Shown in pieces: positions 54,525 through 64,000 of a stretch of DNA of 64,000 nucleotides. The position numbers were made by a program, and so were the translations under genes. Below the pieces are notes generated by a model, which was not told the origin of the DNA, made no database searches, and saw only the letters and a program-made list of their open reading frames with translations. The stretch is from positions 124,001 through 188,000 of the forward strand of contig NIVC01000416.1 of assembly GCA_002269645.1 (NCBI GenBank), in the 5' to 3' direction. This stretch comes from Macrostomum lignano. Its lineage: Eukaryota. Numbering within the stretch: the stretch's first letter is position 1; every line of letters begins with the position of its first letter.

Positions 54525-57466
54525 TCACAAAATGCCGCGTTTTTTCATTTCATTGAAAAACTTCGTTTTTATTTTATGGATCGATCGTGACTGGAGTGCA
54601 GGTTCGCGTGCTTTTAGCTCTCCAAGGGCTGCAAAACCAGGTACTTTGCCGTCTTCGATCTTTTCTATCGCGCGGTTAATTGCCTCATTTTCGTCTTTGT
54701 TCCACGCAATGTGCTCCTGAATTAGTTTTTTCTTGACTTCTGAAATGGATTGAAGTAACTGAAATCAACTTTGGTTTTTTTCTTCCCCCCAGTTCCCATT
54801 TTGTCCTTACCTTCCGAACTAGGAGCGCTTTTGTCCTTCTGTGGGTCCTCTTGTCCGGGTCCTGGCTCGCTTTTGTCCTTCTGTGGGTCCTCTTGTCCGG
54901 GTCCTGGCTCGCTTTTGTCCTTCTGTGGGTCCTCTTGTCCGGGTCCTGGCTCGCTTTTGTCGTTCTGTGGGTCCTCTTGTCCATGTCCTGGCTCGCTTTT
55001 GTTATTAGTCGTTGTTGCTGTCGCACCCTTTGGCTTAGTCGTCCTTCGAATCCGCCTTTCGTTTGCTCTAGCTTTCTGCACTTTTCTGGTTTTTTTCGTC
55101 GGTTGGTAGTCTGAATCGTCTTTGTCTACTTCGCTTTCATATTCATCTGAGTCGAGCACAGCTAATCGATTCTTCTTTTTTTCGACTTGCTTGATGGACA
55201 GGGGGCTCCGCGAAAGTCGACAGAACCTTCGTGATAAATTGACTCGTCCTCAAATTCCTTAGCTTGGATACGAGCTCCATTATTCTCAGGAGGTGCTTGA
55301 CTCTTTTGGTCACCACGTTTTAATTCTCGAGCCTGTGAGCCTATTGAGGCTTCCACATCACCGGATTCGTTCAAATCATCTTTTTTTGCATCTGACTTAT
55401 CGTCAATGTCATAGTCAATTTCGATGTCGTTAACATCAATCTCTTCGATAGTTTTGCCTTTAAGCTGGTCGAATCTACCGGCCTCGATAGCCAGAAGTAG
55501 CTTGCCTACTTTAGCAAGCTCAATAGTGTTTTCATGCAATCGATAGAAATTATGGTGAACATTAAGGCTATGTCCAAGATGGTTGGAGAGCCATCCGAGC
55601 TCATTTTCTCTCATTTCAAGGATCTGAGAGACAGTGGCAATGTATTTTCGAAGGTTGGTCGAAGATAGACGAGCAGGGAACTGGAGCCCTTGACAACTGG
55701 AGACAACATTTGTGCGCGCAACGAATGGGGATATATATCCCAAACTTCCACTACTGCAGAATACGTAAGGACTTGAAGCGTGGTGTCTTGTGCGAATGAG
55801 CTCATCGATAATTTCAGCAATCTCATTCGAAACTAGCAGAGGAACCGGTCGCTGTGCTCTCTTACCTCGAACATTAACGATAGTCAACCGGTAAAGCATT
55901 TGCTTTTCTAATTCACTTAGCGCAGATAATGTTGTATCATCAACATCTTTGCATGATCTTGCTTTCTGCCACGCCGAAACTCGCAGCTTGAAGGGCTCAG
56001 ACGCCCGGCGCTTGTTGAAAATAGACAAACGAATCGCAACATATTCGGCCACCTCTTTCCAGTAAGAAGGGCTGCTTTTTAGCTTTTCCGTGTCGATGTG
56101 GCTTAAATATTCGTTAATGTGCTTCGTGATTAACTGAATGTCGCTAGTTAACGGCAATGTCTGACCCTTGTCAATTTTTCTTTCTTTCAAGGACAAAAGT
56201 GCAATCGAAGATATTTTACGGCTCCATGATGTTTCATACAGAGTGATGAAGTTGCGTCGCTCCTGAGCTACTTCGGGCATTTCGCATTTCAGGGCACGTA
56301 CTAACGACAGTTCAGCAGCCAGCTTCAGAGAAAACCCGCACTTAAGTGCCATCGAAGGAATAGAAAAAGAATCGCAAATCTGAGCATCTTCTTGGGCCGT
56401 AAATTTCGCTACATTTCGAGTCGCCTCAACAACTAAATCAAATGATGATGGCTTCAGCAAATCGTCAAGACAAGCGCTGGGATCGCCCATAATTTCACGA
56501 GCTGACATAAGTAATCTCGACATTTCACGCATTTTCGCAGTTACAATTTTCTTTCCTGTCTTTCCGGATGTAAAACCTTCATAGGCGTAGTAGCCAAGTT
56601 CCATTATAAGCTTGTCTGATTGAGCTACTTTGCTACATGAGTCTACCTTCATTTTATTAATAAGTTCAATAAATTTGGACGGATATTTCGCCGGAAAGCA
56701 TGATGCAAGGAGAAGGCAGCGTCCTGCACTGACAGCTTCTGTGCGCCTGTTCAAATCGCTGACATTTACGACAAAGCGGCAGCGCTGAACATGCCTGCTT
56801 AACTCAGTTTTACGATAAAATCCAAAACAGTGAATGCACGGCAAATACGAAACTTCATTATCTTTCATGTCCGAAGAACTTCTTTCGCGACACACAATGA
56901 TTCCTCCCTCCTTCTCCTGGGTCATAACTTTTATGTTATGTTCGTAATCTCCTCGAAAGCGCAAGCGATCAAATTCCTGGTCATATTCTGAAAAAAATAT
57001 GAACAGATAATTATTTTCAGACAAACTAAATACTACTATGAGGACCTACATAAAAAACTTATTTCAAAAACTTACTATCAGACTTAGGATTAAATGCGAG
57101 GGCGCGCTGTACACACATTTCCTTCGAGTGTGCCCGAATAAGATGCCTTCTGATCTTCGAAAACATTTCTCCGCAAAAGAGGCAGCAATGCCTCTTCTTC
57201 TCATGCTTAAGTTTCGCTTGGGACGGAACTAAATCATCAGACCAGACTTCCTCCAAATAATAATCTTCATCACCATCTTCTTCCTCGAGTTCAGCGTCCT
57301 CAGGTAGTATACTCGTATTTGCAATGTCCCTTAAAGCTGAGTGCAACCTTCCACCAAGAATATCGTCTACTACCGTAAGATTTTTGTCCACAAACGAATC
57401 ATCATCTACTAAATCGAAAGCAACGTCTATCCTTGCTTTGGTAGCATCGCCGTCTCTATCGCAAAC
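54525..57466 (-). mobile_element. Crypton-type tyrosine recombinase (YR) transposon gene, spliced
   Basis: Exons 57466-57076 and 56987-~55162 (88-nt GT-AG intron), ~55190-54811 (reached by a frame change), and 54739-54525 (71-nt intron). YR motifs FNKRRASE (R), RGKR (K), STNLRK (R), HLGH (H), HHNFYR (Y). N-terminal C-x2-C..H segments (CLFC..RHL..H; PCIHC..RH..C); C-terminal W..E..A..VPG..EPAL..R..IK helical domain. Confidence 0.85.
54830..54995 (-). repeat. 42-bp coding repeat (KSEPGPGQEDPQKD) in the YR C-terminal linker
   Basis: Four in-frame copies in ORF 54722-55159. Confidence 0.85.
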
Positions 57467-58292
57467 CTGAAAAATAAACAGCAAGTTACATAGCTTAGAT
57501 ATACTCATTAGCTCATTTTTCCTGAAAAGTCAATAAGTCAATTCTCTGAAGCACTACAACGCGATAATCTAAGTCAAAACGTTTAGACACCCTTCATTTA
57601 GACAGTGCAGACGTTCTGATCTCATGGTGGACCAGCTCGCTTTCTAAGAATCTGTTCTGATTGCATTCCAAGAAACGGAAACATTCCCGCACTAAACTTT
57701 CAAGACAGCTCTGAGAGCCAAAGCCCCAAACAGACTGAGAGAGCTGCTTCAGTTGTGTCTGTAGGTTAGGTGGACCACCTTCCAAGAGTCAAAGCCCCAA
57801 ACAGACTGAGAGAGCTGCTTCAGTTGTGTCTGTAGGTTAGGTGGACCACCTTCTCTACAGCACTACTAGGCGATAATCTGAGTCGGAATGCCTTGAGACC
57901 ATTCATTTACACAGTGCAGACGTTCTGATCTCATGGTGGACCAGCTCGCTTTCTAAGAATCTGTTCTGATTGCATTCCAAGAAACGGAAACATTCCCGCA
58001 CTAAACTTTCAAGACAGCTCTGAGAGCCAAAGCCCCAAACAGACTGAGAGAGCTGCTTTAGTTGTGTCTGTAGGTTAGGTGGACCACCTTCCAAGAGTCA
58101 AAGCCCCAAACAGACTGAGAGAGCTGCTTCAGTTGTGTCTGTAGGTTAGGTGGACCACCTTTTAAGAGTCAAAGCCCCAAACAGACTGAGAGAGCTGCTT
58201 CAGTTGTGTCTGTTCTGTAGGTTAGGTGGACCAGCTTCTCTACAGCAATTGAGTTGCAGCTAGCTACTTTGAGATCATCAAGCGAAACTCAC

Positions 58293-58517
58293 TTTTCTGG
58301 ACTCGGTGTCGACGGATTTGCCAGTAGACCGACGATTTTCACCAGGCGATGCGGCCTTCTTCGAGGCTGGAGTAGCGCCTGCATCCGCGGTAGCGTTGTG
58401 CGACTGAGCGCCTTCATCAAGGCGTGATGCAGAGCGCGAACGGCTTCGCGATTTCCGCCCTCTTTTTGAGGCACCAATGCGTTCGATTTGGCGGGAACGA
58501 AATTCGACCTCAGGCTC
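58293..58517 (-). CDS. Repeated symmetric exon copy 1 (75 codons, EPEVEFRSRQ...VDTESRK)
   Basis: Acceptor tttttattctctaacttcctag|GAG, donor AAA|gtgagt, open frame, phase 0/0; expression unverified. Confidence 0.55.
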
Positions 58518-59802
58518 CTAGGAAGTTAGAGAATAAAAAGACAAGTCAAAGTCGGAAGCTTAAATTCAAAACCGCTGCCGTGTATCCGTGTGACCCTCAA
58601 ACAGACTGAGAGAGCTGCTTCAGTTGTGTCTGTAGGTTAGGTGGACCACCTTATAAAAGTCAAAGCCCCAAACAGACTGAGAGAGCTGCTTCAGTTGTGT
58701 CTGTAGGTTAGGTGGACCACCTTCCAAGAGTCAAAGCCCCAAACAGACTGAGAGAGCTGCTTCAGTTGTGTCTGTAGGTTAGGTGGACCACCTTTTAAGA
58801 GTCAAAGCCCCAAACAGACTGAGAGAGCTGCTTCAGTTGATGTCTGTAGGTTAGGTGGACCACCTTTTAAGAGTCAAAGCCCCAAACAGACTGAGAGAGC
58901 TGCTTCAGTTGTGTCTGTAGGTTAGGTGGACCACCTTCTCTACAGCACTACTAGGCGATAATCTGAGTCGGAATGCCTTGAGACCATTCATTTACACAGT
59001 GCAGACGTTCTGATCTCATGGTGGACCAGCTCGCTTTCTAAGAATCTGTTCTGATTGCATTCCAAGAAACGGAAACATTCCCGCACTAAACTTTCAAGAC
59101 AGCTCTGAGAGCCAAAGCCCCAAACAGACTGAGAGAGCTGCTTCAGTTGTGTCTGTAGGTTAGGTGGACCACCTTATAAAAGTCAAAGCCCCAAACAGAC
59201 TGAGAGAGCTGCTTCAGTTGTGTCTGTAGGTTAGGTGGACCACTTTTAAAAGTCAAAGCCCCAAACAGACTGAGAGAGCTGCTTCAGTTGTGTCTGTAGG
59301 TTAGGTGGACCACCTTATAAAAGTCAAAGCCCCAAACAGACTGAGAGAGCTGCTTCAGTTGTGTCTGTAGGTTAGGTGGACCACCTTATAAAAGTCAAAG
59401 CCCCAAACAGACTGAGAGAGCTGCTTCAGTTGTGTCTGTAGGTTAGGTGGACCACCTTATAAAAGTCAAAGCCCCAAACAGACTGAGAGAGCTGCTTCAG
59501 TTGTGTCTGTAGGTTAGGTGGACCACCTTATAAAAGTCAAAGCCCCAAACAGACTGAGAAAGCTGCTTCAGTTGTGTCTGTAGGTTAGGTTGACCACCTT
59601 TTAAGAGTTAAAGCCCCAAACAGACTGAGAGAGCTGCTTCAGTTGTGTCTGTAGGTTAGGTGGACCACCTTCCAAGAGTCAAAGCCCCAAACAGACTGAG
59701 AGAGCTGCTTCAGTTGCGTCTGTTCTGTAGGTTAGGTGGACCAGCTTCTCTACAGCAATTGAGTTGCAGCTAGCTACTTTGAGATCATCAAGCGAAACTC
59801 AC

Positions 59803-60027
59803 TTTTCTGGACTCGGTGTCGACGTATTTGCGAGTAGACCGACGATTTTCACCAGGCGATGCGGCCTTCTTCGAGGCTGGAGTAGCGCCTGCATCCGCGG
59901 TAGCGTTGTGCGACTGAGCGCCTTCATCAAGGCGTGATGCAGAGCGCGAACGGCTTCGCGATTTCCGCCCTCTTTTTGAGGCACCAGTGCGTTCGATTTG
60001 GCGGGAACGAAATTCGACCTCAGGCTC
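59803..60027 (-). CDS. Repeated symmetric exon copy 2 (75 codons)
   Basis: Near-identical to copy 1; same acceptor and donor; phase 0/0. Confidence 0.55.
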
Positions 60028-60358
60028 CTAGGAAATTAGAGAATAAAAAGACAAGTCAAAGTCGGAAGCTTAAATTCAAAACCGCTGCCGTGTATCCGTG
60101 TGACCCTCAAACAGACTGAGAGAGCTGCTTCAGTTGTGTCTGTAGGTTAGGTGGACCACCTTTTAAGAGTCAAAGCCCCAAACAGACTGAGAAAGCTGCT
60201 TCAGTTGTTTCTGTAGGTTAGGTGGACCACCTTATAAAAGTCAAAGCCCCAAACAGACTGAGAGAGCTGCTTCAGTTGTGTCTGTAGTTTAGGTGGACCA
60301 CCTTTTAAGAACTTCTCTACAGCAATTGAGTTGCATGCAGCTAGCTATTTTGAGATCA

Positions 60359-61402
60359 TTAAACGAAACTCACTTTTTTGGACTCGGTGTCGACGTATTT
60401 GCGAGCAGACTGACGATTTTCGCCAAGCGATGCGGCTTGGCGTCTATCACCGTCATTTTGCTGAAATATGTTAGGTAGTGCTTTCGAATCCGGTTTTTTC
60501 GTGTCATGATGTGTCATAGGAGCGGTAGCCTTTTGAGTCGCTTCATTTAGGGCGCTGTCTAGCGTCGGAAGAGTTGAAATGATTTGGTCGATTTCAGTAA
60601 AATTTTTTTTATTCGAAACGAAATCTTGGTGCTTTTGGCTTAATGTTATGTGCTGATTAAAGTCGTCGTAGGCTTCGCGACAGTTTTCACACCGACCTTT
60701 CCGTTTTTCTTTGCCGTCAGGCTTTTGACGATTTTTTTCATCGTTATTATTAGCCCTTGGGTTTGCAAAAATGTCGACGACATCAATGTTATCTTTGAAG
60801 ATTGGTCTCAGCAAATGCTGGGCATCCGTAACAACAACGGCCGGTGGGGTCAAATTCCGATCTTCTTCGGCAAACCTCCCTGAAGAAATAGTTTTCTGGC
60901 ACAGCTCGTGTTGAGAAACTTGATCGCGAATTCGATCTCGAAATATTGCCGGAGTGTAGACAGGTATTTGCAGCAAGCGAGCTTTCGTCAAAATATCTTC
61001 GAATGTTTTGACAATTCTGCATTGCGAACTCGAAGTTTGCGTAACGGCTCTCTGCTGCATGGTGAAACCCCTAGAAAACTCCGAAAAAGATTGTTTAGCT
61101 TCAATGGAGACAGCGGAATCGTCAGCGATGATTAAATCAACCTGGAAAAGCAAAAAATACGAGCCCATAGCTACAAAAAATCTATCAACGTCTCTAATCT
61201 GCCCTATTAACAAGCAACAAACAAAAACAACGAATGCATTGCAAAAACTACACACCTCATTTGAAAAAAACGAAGCAACGCTTCCGCCATAATAGACGAC
61301 GGCAGATTCCAGCTTCTTTTGTCGCTTTTGACTTTCGCCGTACAGAAAAAAAACTCGCTTCCCTCGAAGAGAATCCAATGTAAACTGCTCGACCAAACAG
61401 CC
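60359..61402 (-). CDS. DBF4: Dbf4/ASK-like Cdc7 kinase activator cassette (2 exons), embedded in repeat array
   Basis: Exons 61402-61256 and 61141-60374 (114-nt in-frame intron). Motif N/BRCT (LRGKRVFF..VYYGGSVASFFSNEVDLII), motif M (LTPPAVVVTDAQHLLRPIF), motif C zinc finger (KGRCENCREAYDDFNQHITLSQKH). Starts at an acceptor (ttttttttattttagtttctacag) and ends at AAA|gtgagt, or at stop 60359 if that donor is unused. Confidence 0.85.
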   Translation of the reverse strand, partial: GCLVEQFTLDSLRGKRVFFLYGESQKRQKKLESAVVYYGGSVASFFSNEVCSFCNAFVVFVCCLLIGQIRDVDRFFVAMGSYFLLFQVDLIIADDSAVSIEAKQSFSEFSRGFTMQQRAVTQTSSSQCRIVKTFEDILTKARLLQIPVYTPAIFRDRIRDQVSQHELCQKTISSGRFAEEDRNLTPPAVVVTDAQHLLRPIFKDNIDVVDIFANPRANNNDEKNRQKPDGKEKRKGRCENCREAYDDFNQHITLSQKHQDFVSNKKNFTEIDQIISTLPTLDSALNEATQKATAPMTHHDTKKPDSKALPNIFQQNDGDRRQAASLGENRQSARKYVDTESKKVSFV

Positions 61403-61911
61403 CTGTAGAAACTAAAATAAAAAAAATTTCTCACATATTACTCCATTACGGAAACGCCTAAACAGTACATAAGTTTTGACTGTAGGTTAGGTGGACCACC
61501 TTCTAAGAGTCAAAGCCCCAAACAGACTGAGAGAGCTGCTTCAGTTGTGTCTGTAGGTTAGGTGGACACCTTATAAGAGTCAAAGCCCCAAACAGACTGA
61601 GAGAGCTGCTTCAGTTGTGTCTGTAGGTTAGGTGGACCACCTTATAAAAGTCAAAGCCCCAAACAGACTGAGAGAGCTGCTTCAGTTGTATCTGTAGGTT
61701 AGGTGGACCACCTTCCAAGAGTCAAAGCCCCAAACAGACTGAGAAAGCTGCTTCAGATGTGTCTGTAGGTTAGGTGGACCACCTTCCAAGATTCAAAGCC
61801 CCAAACAGACTGAGAGAGCTGCTTCAGTTGTGTCTGTAGGTTAGGTGGACCAGCTTCTCTACAGCAATTGAGTTGCAGCTAGCTACTTTGAGATCATCAA
61901 GCGAAACTCAC

Positions 61912-62127
61912 TTTTCTGGACTCGGTGTCGACGGATTTGCCAGTAGACCGACGATTTTCACCAGGCGATGCGGCCTTCTTCGAGGCTGGAGTAGCGCCTG
62001 CATCCGCGGTAGCGTTGTGCGACTGAGCGCCTTCATCAAGGCGTGATGCAGACGCAGAGCGCGATTTCAACTTTTTCGAAGCCTCAGACTGGTCGAGCTC
62101 AGGAGAACGAAATTCGACCTCGGGCTC
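61912..62127 (-). CDS. Repeated symmetric exon copy 3 (72 codons, EPEVEFRSPE...VDTESRK)
   Basis: Variant 5' part, 9 nt shorter, frame preserved; tag|GAG ... AAA|gtgagt. Confidence 0.55.
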
Positions 62128-62565
62128 CTAGGAAGTTAGAGAATAAAAAGACAAGTCAACGTCGGAAGCTTAAATTCAAAACCGCTGCAGTGTATCCGTG
62201 TGACCCTCAAACAGACTGAGAGAGCTGCTTCAGTTGTGTCTGTAGGTTAGGTGGACCACCTTCTCTACAGCACTACTAGGCGATAATCTGAGTCGGAATG
62301 CCTAGAGACCATTCATTTACACAGTGCAGACATTCTGATCTCATGATGGACCAGCTCGCTTTCTAAGAATCTGTTCTGATTGCATTCCAAGAAACGGAAA
62401 CATTCCCGCACTAAACTTTCAAGACAGCTCTGACAGCCAAGGCCCCAAACAGACTGAGAGAGCTGCTTCAGTTGTGTCTGTAGGTTAGGTGGACCACCTT
62501 TTAAGAGCTTCTCTACAGCAATTGAGTTGCAGCTAGCTACTTTGAGATCATCAAGCGAAACTCAC

Positions 62566-62781
62566 TTTTCTGGACTCGGTGTCGACGTATTTGCGAGTAG
62601 ACCGACGATTTTCACCAGGCGATGCGGCCTTCTTCGAGGCTGGAGTAGCGCCTGCATCCGCGGTAGCGTTGTGCAACTGAGAGCCTTCATCAAGGCGTGA
62701 TGCAGACGCAGAGCGCGATTTCAACTTTTTCGAAGCCTCAGACTGGTCGAGCTCAGGAGAACGAAATTCGACCTCGGGCTC
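62566..62781 (-). CDS. Repeated symmetric exon copy 4 (72 codons)
   Basis: As copy 3; phase 0/0. Confidence 0.55.
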
Positions 62782-63407
62782 CTAGGAAGTTAGAGAATAA
62801 AAAGACAAGTCAACGTCGGAAGCTTAAATTCAAAACCGCTGCCGTGTATCCGTGTGACCCTCAAACAGACTGAGAGAGCTGCTTCAGTTGTGTCTGTAGG
62901 TTAGGTGGACCACCTTCCAAGAGTCAAAGCCCCAAACAGACTGAGAGAGCTGCTTCAGTTGTGTCTGTAGGTTAGGTGGACCACCTTCCAAGAGTCAAAG
63001 CCCCAAACAGACTGAGAGAGCTGCTTTAGTTGTGTCTGTAGGTTAGGTGGACCACCTTTTAAGAGTCAAAGCCCCAAACAGACTGAGAGAGCTGCTTCAG
63101 TTGTGTCTGTAGGTTAGGTGGACCACCGTATAAAAGTCAAAGCCCCAAACAGACTGAGAAAGCTGCTTCAGTTGTGTCTGTAGGTTAGGTGGACCACCTT
63201 CCAAGAGTCAAAGCCCCAAACAGACTGAGAAAGCTGCTTCAGTTGTGTCTGTAGGTTAGGTGGACCACCTTATAAGAGTCAAAGCCCCAAACAGACTGAG
63301 AGAGCTGCTTCAGTTGTGTCTGTAGGTTAGGTGGACCACCTTTTAAGAGCTTCTCTACAGCAATTGAGTTGCAGCTAGCTACTTTGAGATCATCAAGCGA
63401 AACTCAC

Positions 63408-63623
63408 TTTTCTGGACTCGGTGTCGACGTATTTGCGAGTAGACCGACGATTTTCACCAGGCGATGCGGCCTTCTTCGAGGCTGGAGTAGCGCCTGCATC
63501 CGCGGTAGCGTTGTGCAACTGAGAGCCTTCATCAAGGCGTGATGCAGACGCAGAGCGCGATTTCGACTTTTTCGAAGCGTCAGACTGGTCGAGCTCAGGA
63601 GAATGAAATTCGAACTCAGGCTC
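63408..63623 (-). CDS. Repeated symmetric exon copy 5 (72 codons)
   Basis: As copy 3 with several substitutions, no stop; phase 0/0. Confidence 0.55.
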
Positions 63624-63700
63624 CTAGGATGTTAGAGAATAAAAAGACAAGTCAACGTCGGAAGCTTAAATTCAAAACCGCTGCCGTGTATCCGTGTGAC

Positions 63701-64000
63701 TAGGGATGTCGATTCCCCGGGGAATATTCTTATCGGGGACCCGGGGAATTTACTGTCATTCCCGGGGACCCCGGGGAAAATTAAAAATAAGTTAAAAACG
63801 GCGAATAACTTTGGCTTAGATCTTAAATGGCATTTTAAACTTTGATTTTAGCTTTAGACTACATGTTCAAGGCGCAAGGGTAAAAACTAAACAATCTCTA
63901 CCTATAAAAATGAAAACTCTGTCTGCGTGTGTGTCTGTGTACAAATTACTTTGCTATGGACTCCCAAGTCCCAAACCGCTCAACCAAATTACGATAACTT
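63701..64000 (+). mobile_element. Probable hAT-like DNA transposon terminus interrupting the array
   Basis: The repeat context ...tatccgtgtgac breaks abruptly into TAGGGATGTC (Ac/hAT-like TIR start YAGGGATG), followed by subterminal ccggggga/cccgggg repeats; the other end is not in the window. Confidence 0.45.

Larger units (their letters stand above)
57552..63700. repeat. Higher-order array: 71-bp units plus two repeated ~200-350 bp modules
   Basis: Unit aagagtcaaagccccaaacagactgagagagctgcttcagttgtgtctgtaggttaggtggaccacctt(nn), period 70-71 bp, dozens of copies; exon module x5; module B x4 (~57560, ~57860, ~58940, ~62265). Confidence 0.95.

Noticed and set aside
60359-60380. PP1-docking RVxF motif (KKVSF/RKVSF) at the end of the Dbf4 ORF and repeat exons
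   Set aside because: VS is simply the translation of the GTGAGT donor, so it is probably coincidental unless intron-retained isoforms exist
57700-63350. CRISPR-like array (regular repeats with palindromes)
   Set aside because: Eukaryotic context, units are head-to-tail without unique spacers, no cas genes

Overview
Eukaryotic (invertebrate metazoan-like) genomic DNA with GT-AG spliced genes and more than 20 unrelated mini/microsatellite arrays; most long ORFs in the track are repeat artefacts. Hand-spliced host genes: a PCTAIRE-family CDK (minus, 23939-~13857), an intronless divergent PP2C (minus, 28827-30173), a PDZ+ZM (Zasp/ALP-like, LIM-less) gene (plus, 32441-39310) and the 3' half of a TRPC-like channel (minus, 52129-41583, with one GC-AG intron). 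The most unusual part is 53.6-63.7 kb, apparently in a TRPC intron. It holds a spliced Crypton-type tyrosine recombinase (YR) gene and, upstream on the same strand, an array of 71-bp palindrome-containing repeats. The array carries five copies of a symmetric phase-0 exon and a Dbf4 (Cdc7 activator; motifs N, M, C) cassette. All splice phases are compatible with one Dbf4-YR fusion mRNA, i.e. a possible mobile element that captured a replication-initiation regulator. This is a sequence-based prediction; no expression data or database searches were available.
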